Shown one piece after another: positions 25,201-37,286 of a stretch of 64,000 nucleotides of DNA (position 1 is the first letter of the stretch; each line of letters opens with the position of its first letter). The stretch is from the NCBI RefSeq assembly GCF_006345805.1, contig NC_043002.1:78430001-78494000 (forward strand). The letters are read 5' to 3'. A program made the translations under genes and the position numbers. Below the pieces are notes generated by a model, which saw nothing but the letters and a program-made list of their open reading frames with translations, did no database searches and was not told the origin of the DNA. This DNA comes from Octopus sinensis (Eukaryota).

Positions 25201-28200
25201 TAATTACATTTGTTCCTTTAAATCATGCACATGACACGAAGAAATAACATAGGGCTAACTAGTTGGTCCTTTTATGAGATAAAGCAAGTGGGACCTTTTA
25301 TGAAATAAAATGTGATAGGATCAATGTTTGGTTTGATCTAGTTTCTGAAACATAAAATGAATGTGTAATAAATCTAGTTTGGATGCTAGTTAGTCTTTTG
25401 ATGCTATATATACTACATATAAATAGGTGTACTTAAAATTGCTTCAGTCTAAAATAGAGTACACAGCCAAGGAAAGTTCTTGAAAATTATAACTTATATT
25501 TTCTACCCTGGAATTTTTTAGACTTCATTTACATTTTGTTTTTTAGTAGTTTCTTTCTTTGGACTGTGGCCATACTGGGGCACCACTTTCAAGTGACTTT
25601 ACTTTTTTTTTATCAACCCCAGTGCCTTGTCTGGTACTTATTTTAGCAACTTCTATTTATTGAATAGCTACATCTACCTATGAAATTCCACAAAGTCATT
25701 TTGTTTTGTGTGTGTACATGTCTATGCATGTATGAATATATGAAACAGTACTGAACTACAAGCAGTAATGTTTGTTGACATCCTCTTCAACAAATTGTCT
25801 TCGAGATTTTAACTTTTGAAGATGAGTGGAATGAAAAAAACTCACTTGAAAAATAGTTAAGAATTAATAAGAGTTAGCTACAGGGTACTTTCAGTAGACC
25901 AGTACTTCAAAAATATGTATTTGTTTAATCCACACTAGCATAGAAAAATGTATTTGAATCAAATGAATGCAATTTATTAAAAGTATTTCATAAATTTATA
26001 AATATTCAAATATATGGTAATGGTTGTGTGTTGTTAATTTTAAAGGCTTCCATCAAGAAAATAGAAGAGGATAATGTTCCAATAATGTATATGAGTACAC
26101 TCACTGAAGAAGGAGTCATGAATGTCAAAAATGAGGTAAGTGTTTGAATATTTGTCATTGGTCTGTGGCCATTCTGGAGCAATGCATTGAAGGGATTCAG
26201 TAAATCAAAATGATCACACTACATTTTTTTTAAAGTCTGATACTTGTTTGCTTTTTGTGGATCTGCAAAGTTTCAAAGACAAACCAACATTGGTTGTTAA
26301 GTGTTGAGCGACAAACATACCAACACACACACATATGCACACGAGTGATGGGCTTCTGTACTGTTTGTCTACTAGGTATACTCATACAGCATTGGTCAGC
26401 CCAGGACAATAATAGAAGATACTTGACCAAGATGCCATGCAGTGGGACTGAACTTAAATTCAAATGGTCACAAAGCATATTTCTTAACCATACAGCCATC
26501 CCTTAAGTCTAAAAATACTGACATTTTTTTATTTATGTAATTTAACTTTAATATTACTACTGTTCTTTATGAACCAATACTAAAGGGGGAAGCCTCCATG
26601 TGGTCAGTTGACCTGTTAGAAACAGTAGCCACATTTCTTTTTAATCAAACCCTACCATATTAGTAGAATATATATCTAGATATTTAAAAAGAAAAAAAAA
26701 AGAGGATGGTCAAACCTGAAATGGTTTGACCATAGGTTTTGCTCTTGAGAATTAACACTTAAAAGTATTTTAGTATTAATTTGTAATTTATTTGGTGTTG
26801 ATGAAAAAATTTGTTTTACCTGTCATGATTCGTTTTATAATATTGAGCTGGCAATGAGGAAATGTTATTTTCATATTTTGTCTAATCTAGGCTTGTGATC
26901 GTCTGTTAGCTTATCGAGTGGAAACAAAGATTCGTCAGAAAAAAGATGACTTATTATCGCGATTGAGAGTTGCAGTGCCAAACAAGAGAGATGACAGGGT
27001 AAGGTTTCTGATGTTTTACCAGAATGTAATCAAAATATGATATTTGCAATTTAATGTTTGTTACAGAGTTTTGTTTACTCTGTTTCTTGAAAGACACCTT
27101 GACCTATGGAAATCTTCCTTTTGGATGACTGTTTCTCTTTCTTACACGGAGTTTTGTTGTGAATCGTAATATGTGTTTAACTTCACATCTTGAAGGAATA
27201 ACAGTAGATAAAGCAACTCACTATAACCCCCACACCTTCTTAAAATTGGAATTTAAGGACAACGTACCAATTCTGTTATGAGGAACAAAAATATATAAAC
27301 AGTAAAACCACTAATTATAGTAAGATAATCTGTGATGAAATGTTGATTTTTTTTTTTTTTTTTAATAGGAAAGACCAGTTCATATCCCCGAAGCTGTTCT
27401 TCAGAAAAGGCAAAAAATGGAAACTGATATGCAAAAGAAGAAATTGGTAAGATTCACTTATTTGTCTTCAGCAGAACTGTTTACATTACTAAACTTATCT
27501 ACCGAGACTTAAGAGAGTGTGTGTGAAAGTTTTGCCTTTGAATTCAGCTATGGATAAAAGAAATGGAAGATGAATCTTTCTTGCAACACTTGGAATCTGT
27601 CATAGTCAAACCCATTATCTTTTACTCACAAATTCAGATGGTGAATTGGCAGAGTCATTTAGAATGTGCTGGATAGAATGCTTTGCAGTATTTCTCCTTT
27701 TTCTTTACATTCTGAGTTCAGATCCCACCTTGGCCTACTTAAGTGGTAGACTTAATCCATTACCCAGTTTTACACCACCACCACCATCTGATCTTTGGGT
27801 GTCTTTAGCAGAGTCCACTTTGTTGCAAGCATTTGAGCCAGATTTTCAGTTTGAGGATACCTTCCTCCATCCTTTCCTCCATACTCTGAGCTGTAAAGGG
27901 TCTTAGGCATTCCCTCCTAATTTAAAGATTACAAAAAAGTTGTAAAACTCCCAGTGAAATATTGCTTACATCTGTAGACGAGTGGTTTCCAATATCTCTG
28001 CCTCTCTAACTTCCTATGCTTAATGTATACGACACCCTTAATGTGCCTCTGGCAAATGATGTCAATTGGGTTGTTGAAACTTAAAACCTAATGACATCAC
28101 AAACTACTTTCTGTGACACTGGTTGGAAACTGGTGTCCTACACCAAATCCAAGCTGGCAAATGGTTTAATAACCAGCAGTCTTCAATTACTAGCTCATAG

Positions 28201-31200
28201 GTATGTCATTTTTGCTCCTGCATGTCCTCTGAACTAACTAGCTTCCTACTTCACTCTGTCCCATTTTCCCTACTTATCATTCCTACTATGATCACCTCTA
28301 CTGTCTCACCACACTAAACACTGCTATTATATATATTTAAACTGAACATCAATTTCATTAGTCTGGAAAGACCTGCAAAGATCTCCAGGCATTGCTCCTC
28401 CTCCTTCTTTTGATTATTTTATAGATAGACCAAAACATTTCTGTTTCTTTGCAGGAAAAAGACATTGAACAAGAAATGGGAGATGATTACACTTTAGATT
28501 TAAGAAGTAAGTATATTACTTGACTGTAAATGTTTAATTGAATTTGTATTAACAGCCATTAGTGTCATGAATATAGTGATATTACCTTTAGAGTGTTAGT
28601 AATAATTATTTCTAACAAAGGCAAAAGGCTACAAATTTAAGGGAAGTACAAGACTTAATTGATTAAAAATTAATCCTAATGCTTGACTGGTGCTTCATTT
28701 TATAAACCTTGGAAGAAGGCAAGGTAAAAGTGTTTTGGTAAAATTTAAACTCAGCCAGTAAAAGAGTTGTGACTAAATACTTATGAAGTATTTTGTCCAA
28801 TTCACTGTAATTCACCCTAATAATAATAATAATTTTCTAATATTGGCACATGCTCTGAAATTTATGTGTGTGTCGCTGTATTAGTCTGTTACATCAATTC
28901 CAGTACATGACCGATGCTTTATTTTATTGACACTGGAAGAATGGTGAAACTGACCTGGGCAAGATTTTAGCTCAGACTATGAAGAGCTAAATATTGCAAG
29001 GTATTTTTCCAACACTGCCAGTTCTGCCAGTCCACTTTAGTAACAATAAAAACTATACAAATTAGTATATATTCATTTATTTGTAATTTGTATAGAATAT
29101 CTTTAGAAATAACAAATATTACATTAAAATAGAGAATGGTTTAAAAAAACCCAACTTGCTAAATACAGATGTAATGATGGTGTTTAGTCTGATTGAATAG
29201 AACTTTGAACTAAGGCATGATAGCTGTCTTTTTTTCTTATAGTGTATCTAAGACCATATCTAGAGAATGCTAATTTTCAAGAAAATTCACATCATATCCT
29301 GTTACTGGGCCTGGTATAATTGACTTACTCTTCTCACTAAATTGCTGTCCTTGTACAAAAATGAGAAAGAATCATTATTATTTATAGATATACAAAGTTC
29401 TTATATTTTAACATATACTAGCACTATGACCTGGCGTTGCCGGGTCATAGTGCTAGTGCATGCATATACAGCTGTGTGCATGCACACATACACGCGAGTA
29501 CGGTCCAAATCTCCAACCAATCACATACAGCTAGCTGGCATTCAATTGGCGTATCAAGTTTTGGGCATTTTGATTGGGTTTTGGATAGAAAATTCACAAA
29601 AAAATCACTTCTATTGATTTTTTAATGGCTTTGTGGGGTGACTGGGGAAATGTAAAGATGTGCACGACCACCCTTGGACGGTTTTGAATGACCATAGAAA
29701 GTGCGAGCCCTCTAACTGAAAAATTGTGGATTTCTATAAAGGACACGCACACAGACATTTTGTCGTTTATATATATAGAGATGCCCATAAAAAATGAAGT
29801 CTTAAAATTTCACTGTATTTTGATTAAACATGGTAAGCTTTCACAATCTGGAAGAGAAGGACAGTATGCAACTGTTAGCTATGGGTGTTGACTACCTACA
29901 GAACATTTCATATGCTTAGATGCTTCCTGGCAAGTCCATGTCCAAACAAGAAGGAGCAGGTTTTGCGTTGCAAAAACTCAACCAAGACTAAACCAAGGAT
30001 GTCGCGTGTGATTTGAAATGTCATAAAATACTCTATTATAGTGTTTGATTACATTCTGAGTTCAAATCTTACTCTAACAGTCAAGAACTGGAATCCATGT
30101 AAAAACACCCAGCACACTCTGATAAGTGGTTGGTGTTAGGAAGGGAAAATCAGATTGGAGTCTGGTGCAGCTCACCAGCTTGCTAGCTCTGGTCAAACCG
30201 TCCAACCCAGCATGGACAATGGATGTTAAATTATGATGATATATCTTTGAAGGCAGGGATCTCCAGCATGGTCACAGTCCTCAAACTGAAACTAGTAAAA
30301 TAGAATGAAAATGATTTGAATTGTTCCCATTGTCTACTATCTATTTCTAAACTTTTGTTACAGAAACCTGGGATTTGATGAATCCAGAAGAAAAATATGA
30401 TGTCATGCCAGAAATATGGGAAGGACATAATGTAGCTGATTTTATTGATCCAAATATAATGCAGGTTAGTTAATCTCAGACTGATTGCATTGTGTAGTCA
30501 TTATCAAATATAATACTTAGTATTTAATTCAATTATACCATGGTGTAACAAATTGTAAATCTTACTGATGTTTGCATAGTAAATAATAATGAATGTTATT
30601 AAAACAAAAATAGCAGTAAATTTAGAATACGACAAAGTTGTATTATTTTAACATTCACTTTTCCATGCTTGCATGGGTCTAATGGAATTCTTTGAAGCAG
30701 AAAGGCTGATTCAAGTGAGGTAATATTTTCCCATCGCCGGACATGTTTCCATAGAAAATCGTAAATGGACACCACTTGTATGGCAGCGATACTTATTTAC
30801 AACTATCTTGTGATGTTAAGAAGACACACACACTCATGTACATGCATACATTCACATACATATCTGACAGGTTTCTTTTGGGTGCCACCTCCCAAATTCA
30901 CTTGTAGTGTTTTGATTGGCTTGAGGCTATAGTGGAAGACACTTGTGCAAGGTACCACACAGTGGGGTTGCACCCAAAACCATGTGGTTGGCTGAATAAG
31001 AGCATTGATATAGACATAACTGATTTGGAGAGAAAGCCTTGCAATAACTGATACCCAATTAGTATACTTTTGGCTGCTATGTACTGCTTTTACTTTATCC
31101 AAGTCTGGCTGAAGGCTTCCATTCTTACTTGATATTTCTTTTACTAGTCTCTCACTGTAGGCTATATATTGTTAGCTAACCAACCATTCCACTTAGAGAT

Positions 31201-34200
31201 GGATTTTTACTAATGCACTCAAAATAGAGCAATCACAGACAGTGTAACTCATTAACATATATATAAAAAAAACTGTATATTTATAATGAATTGTAATAAA
31301 CAGCAAATAAGTAATTTTCTTGTAAAAAATAAAATATATATCTTGTTTCATAAATTTAATTACCATGCCAGTCTAGCAGGCCTTGAATGAAATAATTTAT
31401 AATTGTACCACTATCATTTGTATTCTGTCTGTGAGCAAGAAACTCATCTGGTATTGCTTCAGTTGGCCTGACTGAGAGGCTCCGGTGTTAGTCAAGATGT
31501 CCAGCTGTAAAAATTACTCCAACAATGCTAGGATGGAAACAATATAGAAGAAAGCCCATAAAATGTTTGTTTTGTCTTTTGTGAAAAACATGTCTGGTTG
31601 TCCTTGGTTGCAGGGTTATCAACAAGGAAGGGCATCCAGCTATGGAAAATCTGTCGTAACATATTCCATCATTTAACCCTCACTTTTATTACAAGCATTT
31701 TAAAATGGATGTTAAATTATGATGATTGGGGGGGGGGGGCAAATTTTTACTTTTTATATTACAATTCAAATGTATTTGAATATTTTTCTTTTTAAATTTT
31801 CAAATGGTGTTAAGTCTAACAATTGTATTTATAGAAACTGGAAGCATTAGAGAAAGAAGAAGAGCTGAGAATTGCTGCAGGATATTATAACAACTTAGAT
31901 GAAGAAGAGGATGAAGACATGAAGAAAATTAGAAAAGCTGCCGCCAAGTAACTAACCTTAATGATTTTTGCTTAAATTTGCTAATTTTAATGGTCAATTT
32001 TGTTTGTTTCAAAAAAAAAAAAAAACTATTTTCATGGCTTTATTCGTACTATGTGTTACTTAAGCATTAATAAATATTAATCTTGTTGAGGTGGACTTTG
32101 CCAAAAATATGCACTGATGAAGTTGATGATTAGTATGATTGACTATAAGCTTCCCCTAAAACTTATGACCTTGTACCTTTGTTTATAGATCAATATTATT
32201 AGGGTAATGGAAAGGTCCTTTTACTTTCTGCATTCAAATCTGACTGAAGTTGAGACTTGACTTTTCACATCTATATGGTTGATAACAGAACTACTGATCA
32301 TTTCATGAGACTGAGTTAATCGACTTTCTCCTTTCTCTAAAAATACTACTGTTGTTGAGGGCATTGGATGGCAGCATCATTAGGGCATTCAATAAAATAC
32401 CTTATGGTATCTTCCAGTTCTGAATTCATATCTTGTCAAGATCGAATTTGCCTTTCAGTCTTCCAGGGTCCACTAATACAAATCAAGTATTGAAGTTGAT
32501 TTAGTTGACTAACTTGTACCCTTCAGATTTGTGACATTGTGCCTATGTCTAGCATGAAGTGGGCTCTCTGACGTTTGTGCTTTAATTATGAATACTTAGA
32601 ACATTTTTTCTACTTTTCTTTCATTCAAACCTTATGGAGACATTATTGTGATACTTGCTATTATTTTCTATGATCTTGTTAAACCAACTATATAAAGCAG
32701 TTTCAATTCCCAATTTAAATCACATTCTAATTTCTTTGGTTCATCAACCCATAGCTTTCTTCTGTAGATTTGAAACTTTATACCTTTGTTAAAAATTGCT
32801 TTTATCTAATCAGCAAGAGAAATTCTACATGTTTCCTTAACCTATTGAAAATAGCAACCAATTTGTCCTCTTACCACACTCAACTACTTTTAAGAAAACA
32901 GAAGAATACAATGCCTGATGTAGTCTGCAACAAATCAATTGCATTTTGTGGTATCCAAGTCTGTCTTCGGCAGATTTTATGATTTGGTCAGTAGGGAAAG
33001 GACAGATGACTTGTCATTTTTCAGAGCCTGTAAGACTGGTGGAGGGAAAAGTCATTCTCAGATTGGAGAACTTAGAATCTTTGCAACAGAGTGGACTCTG
33101 TTAAAGGCACTTTGTGGACTGGTCAGGCTCTTTATTTCACTGTTCACTAGTTATCAGTAAGAAAGGATTGAATTGTAGTGATTTCTCATAGAAAAATGGA
33201 TAACATGAATACTAAAATTATTTTTCTTTCATATTTTTTAATACTCCATCCCTATTGTTTTTAAATAAATAGTATTGTATTTTAACGTGTGTAAGGAACC
33301 CTTTTTTGTTAAAAATTAGGTTTTAAAAATATGGGAGTTTCTTATACATGAATAGTATAATAATCCCTTATAAAACCTTTTTTCCAAATTTTAAGCCCCC
33401 AAAATTAGGGGTTTCTTTGTACATGAGGGTGCCTTATATGCGTTAAAATACGGTATTTTAATTATCAGCAAAGTTATCGTTCTTGCTTTTCTTTTCTATG
33501 CTGGCATGGGTCAGAAACTTGTTGAGGTAAATTTTCTTTGGCCAGCCTTTACTTACCTTGTTTTCCACTTAAGGTATTTTCACACTACTGGTCCTCACAA
33601 ATTGAAAGCAACAAAGCTGCTGAACCTATGGGATTATTACTTACCAGAGAATGACGTTTAAAAAAAACACATGGAAATGAATTCACACACATATACATAT
33701 ATGTTGATATTACGAACTTCTTAAGTTTCCATCTCCACTTGTCACAAGGCATTTGTCAAGTCAAAGCCATAGAAAATACTTGCCTAAGATTCTATCCAAT
33801 GAGCGAAACTCCGAATGGAACATGGTGATTGCAACAAGAGTGTCAGCTGTCATACCTGTATCTGTTGATTCATCATCATCATCGTTTAACATCTTCCTTC
33901 CATACTGGTATGGGCAGAACAGTTTGACAAGCGCTAGTTGGGCAGAAGCCTGCACCAGACTTCTGTGACTGTTTGGCAGGATTTTTACAGCTGGATGCCC
34001 TTTGTATCACCAACCACCCAGCAGAGTGGACTGGATGCTTTTTAAGTGGCACCTGCACTGACAGGATCACCAAGTAATTTAAGATTAATCCTGTTAAAAT
34101 CTTCTTAATTATTATTACTACTATTTTGTTTTCTTTTTTAGAATACATGAAAAGAGACAACTGATGATCTTAGAATCACGAGAAAGGCGAAAGACATCAC

Positions 34201-36900
34201 GAATACCAAGATCTAAATTAGTTGTTGGAACTGTTGGAGATTTGGAGCATCAAATGGATGACTTGGGCTTACAATTAGAACGTGCAGTAAGTTTTTTGTT
34301 GAATACATCTTGATTGATTTAACTTCAGTTTTAACCATTTTATCATACAGAATCAGTGTAAGTTATTTTGAATAATATAAATCATTGAAAGAAGTTTATT
34401 TAATGTGTATAAATAATTTTTGTTCAAATTATGAAGTGAACTTAAAATTTTCAATTTAGCTGAAATTTATATGACAATATAGAACATGCTGTTCAGAAAT
34501 TTTACTTAAAATTAGTTGAGCATAGTTATTAATCAGTAATAGTTAGTTTGTTCTCAAAAATTTAACAGACATTTATATACTGATAATATATGTAAGGTTT
34601 CTACAGAAAAGCATGTTTTAGTGTGCTGTCATAGTGAGCAAATTCCAGAGTGAACAAAAGAAATCTATTTTATAAAAATGAATAACAAACAAGTTAGGAA
34701 GAAGGCTGATTGCCTTGCTGTATATGTGGGATAAATATAAATTAGAATGTGGCTGAGCAATAACAAATCCCACATACACAGTTTCAACACAAAATGAAGT
34801 GTTTTTTTAACACCTATGAAAAATTAAAACCTAATGTATATTTTGATTTCATTTCCGTTTCTCCTTTGATTAATTCATGTTGTTTGAAGCCATTCATTCT
34901 ATAAACATTTCTGTTTCAGGAGAAAAACTATTCAACACAAAGATCCCGTAGTACAACACGCAGGCCTTTGAAACGAAGGAGAGAAGATTCTCAAGCAGCC
35001 ATGCGTAGCTCTTCCAGGCCTCCTCGAGATCGATCTGGTTTACGAGATGAAACGGTACATAAAATATATTTTTCATCTTAATAGATATGCCATGTTTGTT
35101 GGTGGATGTATTAGATGCACCTTAACTTCAGCAGCATATATTCAGGGAAAAACATTCTTAGTGCATTAAAGCATGTAACATAGGACTTGGGGTGATGTTT
35201 TTTTGAGACTTTTGTCTTCCATGAAAAGTGTCTTATATGTCATCAAATACAGCAGCTATTTTCTTTCTCCTTACTTGGAATTACTTTGTTCCTTATTGTT
35301 AAACAATATCACATCATGGACCTTTCAGTGTGTTTTAAGTATGTCTTTAGTGGTGTATTTAATGGTAGTGGTAGGTGTGTATTTTCTATTTTATGTTCTT
35401 GTGTAGGGTTTTCTTTGTTCTTTTGGCATTGACTTTCAAGAAATTTCTGTTCTGAGCATTTGCTTGATGATGCCCTCTGGGAATATGGAGATTGTCATTG
35501 TGATCCTCTGTATGATGTGACCATTGTTATTTATTATCGTTGATGCTGATATATAGTTTTGTGGTTTATTTTGAATACTAATATTTACCAGTTTCGTTTT
35601 TTCTTTAGTGGCGCTTTTTGTTTAGTTTGATGCAGAGTTTTATTTTAGTTGTGTGTAGTTTTGAATGTTTTGTGGGGTTTTTTTAAGGTTAGCTATTTCT
35701 GATGTGTAATTTAGGTTGTAATTTTTACATTGCCTTGTGGGATACGTTTTTCCTTTTAGCTTATGTCTATAATTATTATACTGCAATGTCTCTGTTGTTG
35801 GTGATTGTAGGAACTCTCACAGTTTCCCTTTTTTCATACGTTTTTATGTGTTATATGACCACTTCCATTATAAAGAAGGGCTCTTTCTAGTCTGAGTGAG
35901 TGAATTTTGGAATGCAGTATCTTGCTAGTAAGACTGCTTTCTGGATTATAATTGCATGAATTTGCATGTTGATAAAATTATGTAGTTCGAGAATGATGTC
36001 ATTGGTGTTGTATTGCAAAATGTTAAGATTTTTTTCCTGTTTACAAAGTTTATTTTAAAATTTATAGTGTTCAGGCCTGTGATATTACAAAGGGAGACTA
36101 TCGGTAATGCCCCGGGTTTTGTAGTTGTTGTTAATATTGGTAGTCATGTAAAATAGTGTATTTTCCTGGATTACTTGTAAACGTTTGATTGAGTTTATGT
36201 GACTATTTTGAAAATTTTGAAAAACTCTTGTAGAAAGTGGTAAAATACCTTCTAGTATATTGTTAGGTCACTTTGTCTTGAGCAGGGTTTGGTTTTACAT
36301 TTCTTTCATTCTTCAGGAGATGGAAGGTCAATAAAAAATAGTACCACTAATATACTGAGGTTATTAGTTCCTTAGAGACTTCCCCCTACCAAAATGTCCC
36401 AAATTTAGAAGTTAATGTATTTTAATATATCTAAAGTGGCAATTTGGCAGAATTGTTAACACGCCAAAGTTCTTGGTGATATTTTTCTCAGCTCTTTAAA
36501 CTCTGAATTGAAATTTTGCCAAGGTTGACTTAGCCTTTCATCTATTCATAAGTACTGGGATTGATGTAATCGACTTACTCGTTCTCCTCAAAAATGCTGG
36601 CCTTGTGTTAGAAATTATATTTTAATATATCTGTAACTATTAATTAACCATTTCAACTCTTGGATGAATAAATAAATTCATATGATTGTATGTATTGCAT
36701 ATATTATTTTTCACATGTTCATTAAAATCTAATTTTAAATATTTCAGATGGTCGCTAAAGTAAGAAAGATGACACGCAAGGCTATGAAGTCCTTCACAAT
36801 GGATGGACGTAAAGGAGAATCTGATAGACACATTCATGATTTGAAACCAAAACATATTTTCAGTGGTAAACGTGGTATTGGAAAGACACAGAGACGATAA
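10227..36900 (+). CDS. GTPBP4: Nucleolar GTP-binding protein 1 (NOG1/GTPBP4), complete 17-exon gene, 628 aa
   Basis: Join 10227-10274,14940-15110,17271-17374,19823-19906,21040-21193,22230-22322,23265-23414,24997-25104,26046-26135,26891-26998,27369-27446,28455-28506,30364-30464,31835-31947,34142-34286,34920-35054,36748-36900 = 1887 nt. All introns are GT-AG and phases are consistent. Starts [33 protein letters not shown]; has G1 GFPNVGKS, G2 YAFTT, G3 DTPG, G4 NKID; ends [20 protein letters not shown]. Confidence 0.97.
11850..12690 (-). mobile_element. Mariner (Tc1/mariner) transposase remnant in intron 1
   Basis: Minus-strand peptide [10 protein letters not shown]...WILHDDNA...[13 protein letters not shown]...FQKWQER; one TIR-like end GGGAACTTTTTGATACCAC. 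Confidence 0.8.
14940..15110 (+). CDS. GTPBP4: GTPBP4 exon 2 (DFIDIILSK...NDFPKLV)
   Basis: Poly-T tract plus CTAG acceptor, donor GTAAGT. Confidence 0.96.
15680..16850 (-). mobile_element. Degenerate RTE LINE (AP-endonuclease to RT-downstream pieces) in intron 2
   Basis: ORF-track fragments VDVCFVQE..., [31 protein letters not shown]. Confidence 0.7.
17271..17374 (+). CDS. GTPBP4: GTPBP4 exon 3 ([11 protein letters not shown]...HLVD)
   Basis: TAG acceptor, GTAAGT donor, conserved NOG1 peptide. Confidence 0.96.
18862..19190 (+). mobile_element. tRNA-headed SINE with conserved central domain (TTGAGCAAGACACTT...)
   Basis: A/B-box-like head followed by a non-tRNA body; partial copies at about 6760-6990 and 8960-9200. 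Confidence 0.7.
19823..19906 (+). CDS. GTPBP4: GTPBP4 exon 4 ([27 protein letters not shown])
   Basis: CAG acceptor, GTAAGC donor. Confidence 0.96.
19992..20996 (-). mobile_element. Internally deleted piggyBac element (~1 kb) in GTPBP4 intron 4
   Basis: TTAA target duplications (19988-19991, 20997-21000); TIRs CCCTTTCGTTAC; minus ORF 20346-20651 resembles a piggyBac/PGBD transposase N-terminus (LDYFYLLF...[10 protein letters not shown]...[10 protein letters not shown]). Confidence 0.9.
21040..21193 (+). CDS. GTPBP4: GTPBP4 exon 5 (contains P-loop GFPNVGKS)
   Basis: TAG acceptor, GTTTGT donor, matches ORF track 20963-21232. Confidence 0.97.
22230..22322 (+). CDS. GTPBP4: GTPBP4 exon 6 ([22 protein letters not shown]...WQ)
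   Basis: TAG acceptor, GTAAGA donor. Confidence 0.97.
23265..23414 (+). CDS. GTPBP4: GTPBP4 exon 7 ([29 protein letters not shown]...)
   Basis: TAG acceptor, GTAAGA donor. Confidence 0.97.
23467..23995 (+). mobile_element. tRNA-headed SINE-like element with Penelope-type hammerhead tail and inverted 5' tail copy
   Basis: tRNA-like head 23534-23600; hammerhead GACAC-CTGATGA-A-GGCTG...CAGCC at 23673-23715; 23467-23531 is the reverse complement of the tail at about 23694-23753. Confidence 0.7.
23780..23975. mobile_element. piggyBac-type MITE nested in the hammerhead SINE tail
   Basis: TTAA-CCCTTTCATTAC...GTAATGAAAGGG-TTAA, 196 bp. Confidence 0.85.
24548..24839 (-). mobile_element. Young 292-bp SINE-like retroposon in intron 7
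   Basis: 13-bp TSD ATATTCATGCCGT (24535-24547, 24840-24852); CpG-rich; stem-loop GTTCCGTTGATCGGATCAACCGGAAC. Confidence 0.8.
24997..25104 (+). CDS. GTPBP4: GTPBP4 exon 8 ([15 protein letters not shown]...NKID...)
   Basis: CAG acceptor, GTAATT donor. Confidence 0.96.
26046..26135 (+). CDS. GTPBP4: GTPBP4 exon 9 (...[15 protein letters not shown])
   Basis: AAG acceptor, GTAAGT donor. Confidence 0.93.
26891..26998 (+). CDS. GTPBP4: GTPBP4 exon 10 ([13 protein letters not shown]...RDDR)
   Basis: TAG acceptor, GTAAGG donor. Confidence 0.96.
27369..27446 (+). CDS. GTPBP4: GTPBP4 exon 11 ([20 protein letters not shown]...)
   Basis: Poly-T plus TAG acceptor, GTAAGA donor. Confidence 0.95.
28455..28506 (+). 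CDS. GTPBP4: GTPBP4 exon 12 ([17 protein letters not shown])
   Basis: CAG acceptor, GTAAGT donor. Confidence 0.95.
29418..29781 (-). mobile_element. Complete non-autonomous Helitron in GTPBP4 intron 12
   Basis: Minus strand 5'-TC...subterminal hairpin (GACCCGGCAACGCCAGGTC)...CTAG-3', inserted between A and T. Confidence 0.85.
30364..30464 (+). CDS. GTPBP4: GTPBP4 exon 13 ([28 protein letters not shown])
   Basis: CAG acceptor, GTTAGT donor. Confidence 0.96.
31835..31947 (+). CDS. GTPBP4: GTPBP4 exon 14 ([12 protein letters not shown]...)
   Basis: TAG acceptor, GTAACT donor. Confidence 0.95.
34142..34286 (+). CDS. GTPBP4: GTPBP4 exon 15 ([17 protein letters not shown]...LERA)
   Basis: TAG acceptor, GTAAGT donor, frame continuous. 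Confidence 0.92.
34920..35054 (+). CDS. GTPBP4: GTPBP4 exon 16 (...[16 protein letters not shown])
   Basis: CAG acceptor, GTACAT donor. Confidence 0.93.
36748..36900 (+). CDS. GTPBP4: GTPBP4 exon 17 (terminal, ...[20 protein letters not shown])
   Basis: CAG acceptor, TAA stop ends at 36900. Confidence 0.96.
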   Translation: MVAKVRKMTRKAMKSFTMDGRKGESDRHIHDLKPKHIFSGKRGIGKTQRR

Positions 36901-37280
36901 TTTTTATGAGATAAATGCTTGTTGGATGATTTCATTGAGATTTTCTGAATTAAAAAGAAATTCTAATGATACACTGGTTTTACTGTATTTTAATTTGTGT
37001 GTGTATGTGTGAGAAAAATTTGCTTGAAGTTGACTCATGACAGGGCTTGTGATTGCTGATTGGAGAGCTTTTGTCTGATGGCCTGCAACTGAGTAAGAGA
37101 GGTTGGTTGGTTATTTATTGCCACCTTGCTTTTAATATGTATTTATTTAAATGGCATACAGAAGTTTTTCAGGCTGCATTTGGCAACTTTTGAAATATTT
37201 ATTATGCTTTTAACATAGAGGCAAGTAAGTAATTTATTTCAAGATTCTGATCCAGTTTACCCATGGTATTGATACAATAC

Positions 37281-37286
37281 AATAAA
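37281..37286 (+). terminator. Candidate GTPBP4 poly(A) signal AATAAA
   Basis: AATAAA about 380 nt after the stop codon; usage not verified. Confidence 0.45.

Noticed and set aside
33005-33056. Telomerase RNA pseudoknot (GATGACTT/AAGTCATT resembles helix P3)
   Set aside because: No U-rich loop before the 5' strand and no CTAACCCT template nearby
10275-36747. Canonical box C/D or H/ACA snoRNAs in GTPBP4 introns
   Set aside because: TGATGA hits lie in repeat tails or lack a paired CTGA and terminal stem; none was convincing by eye (a covariance search is still warranted)
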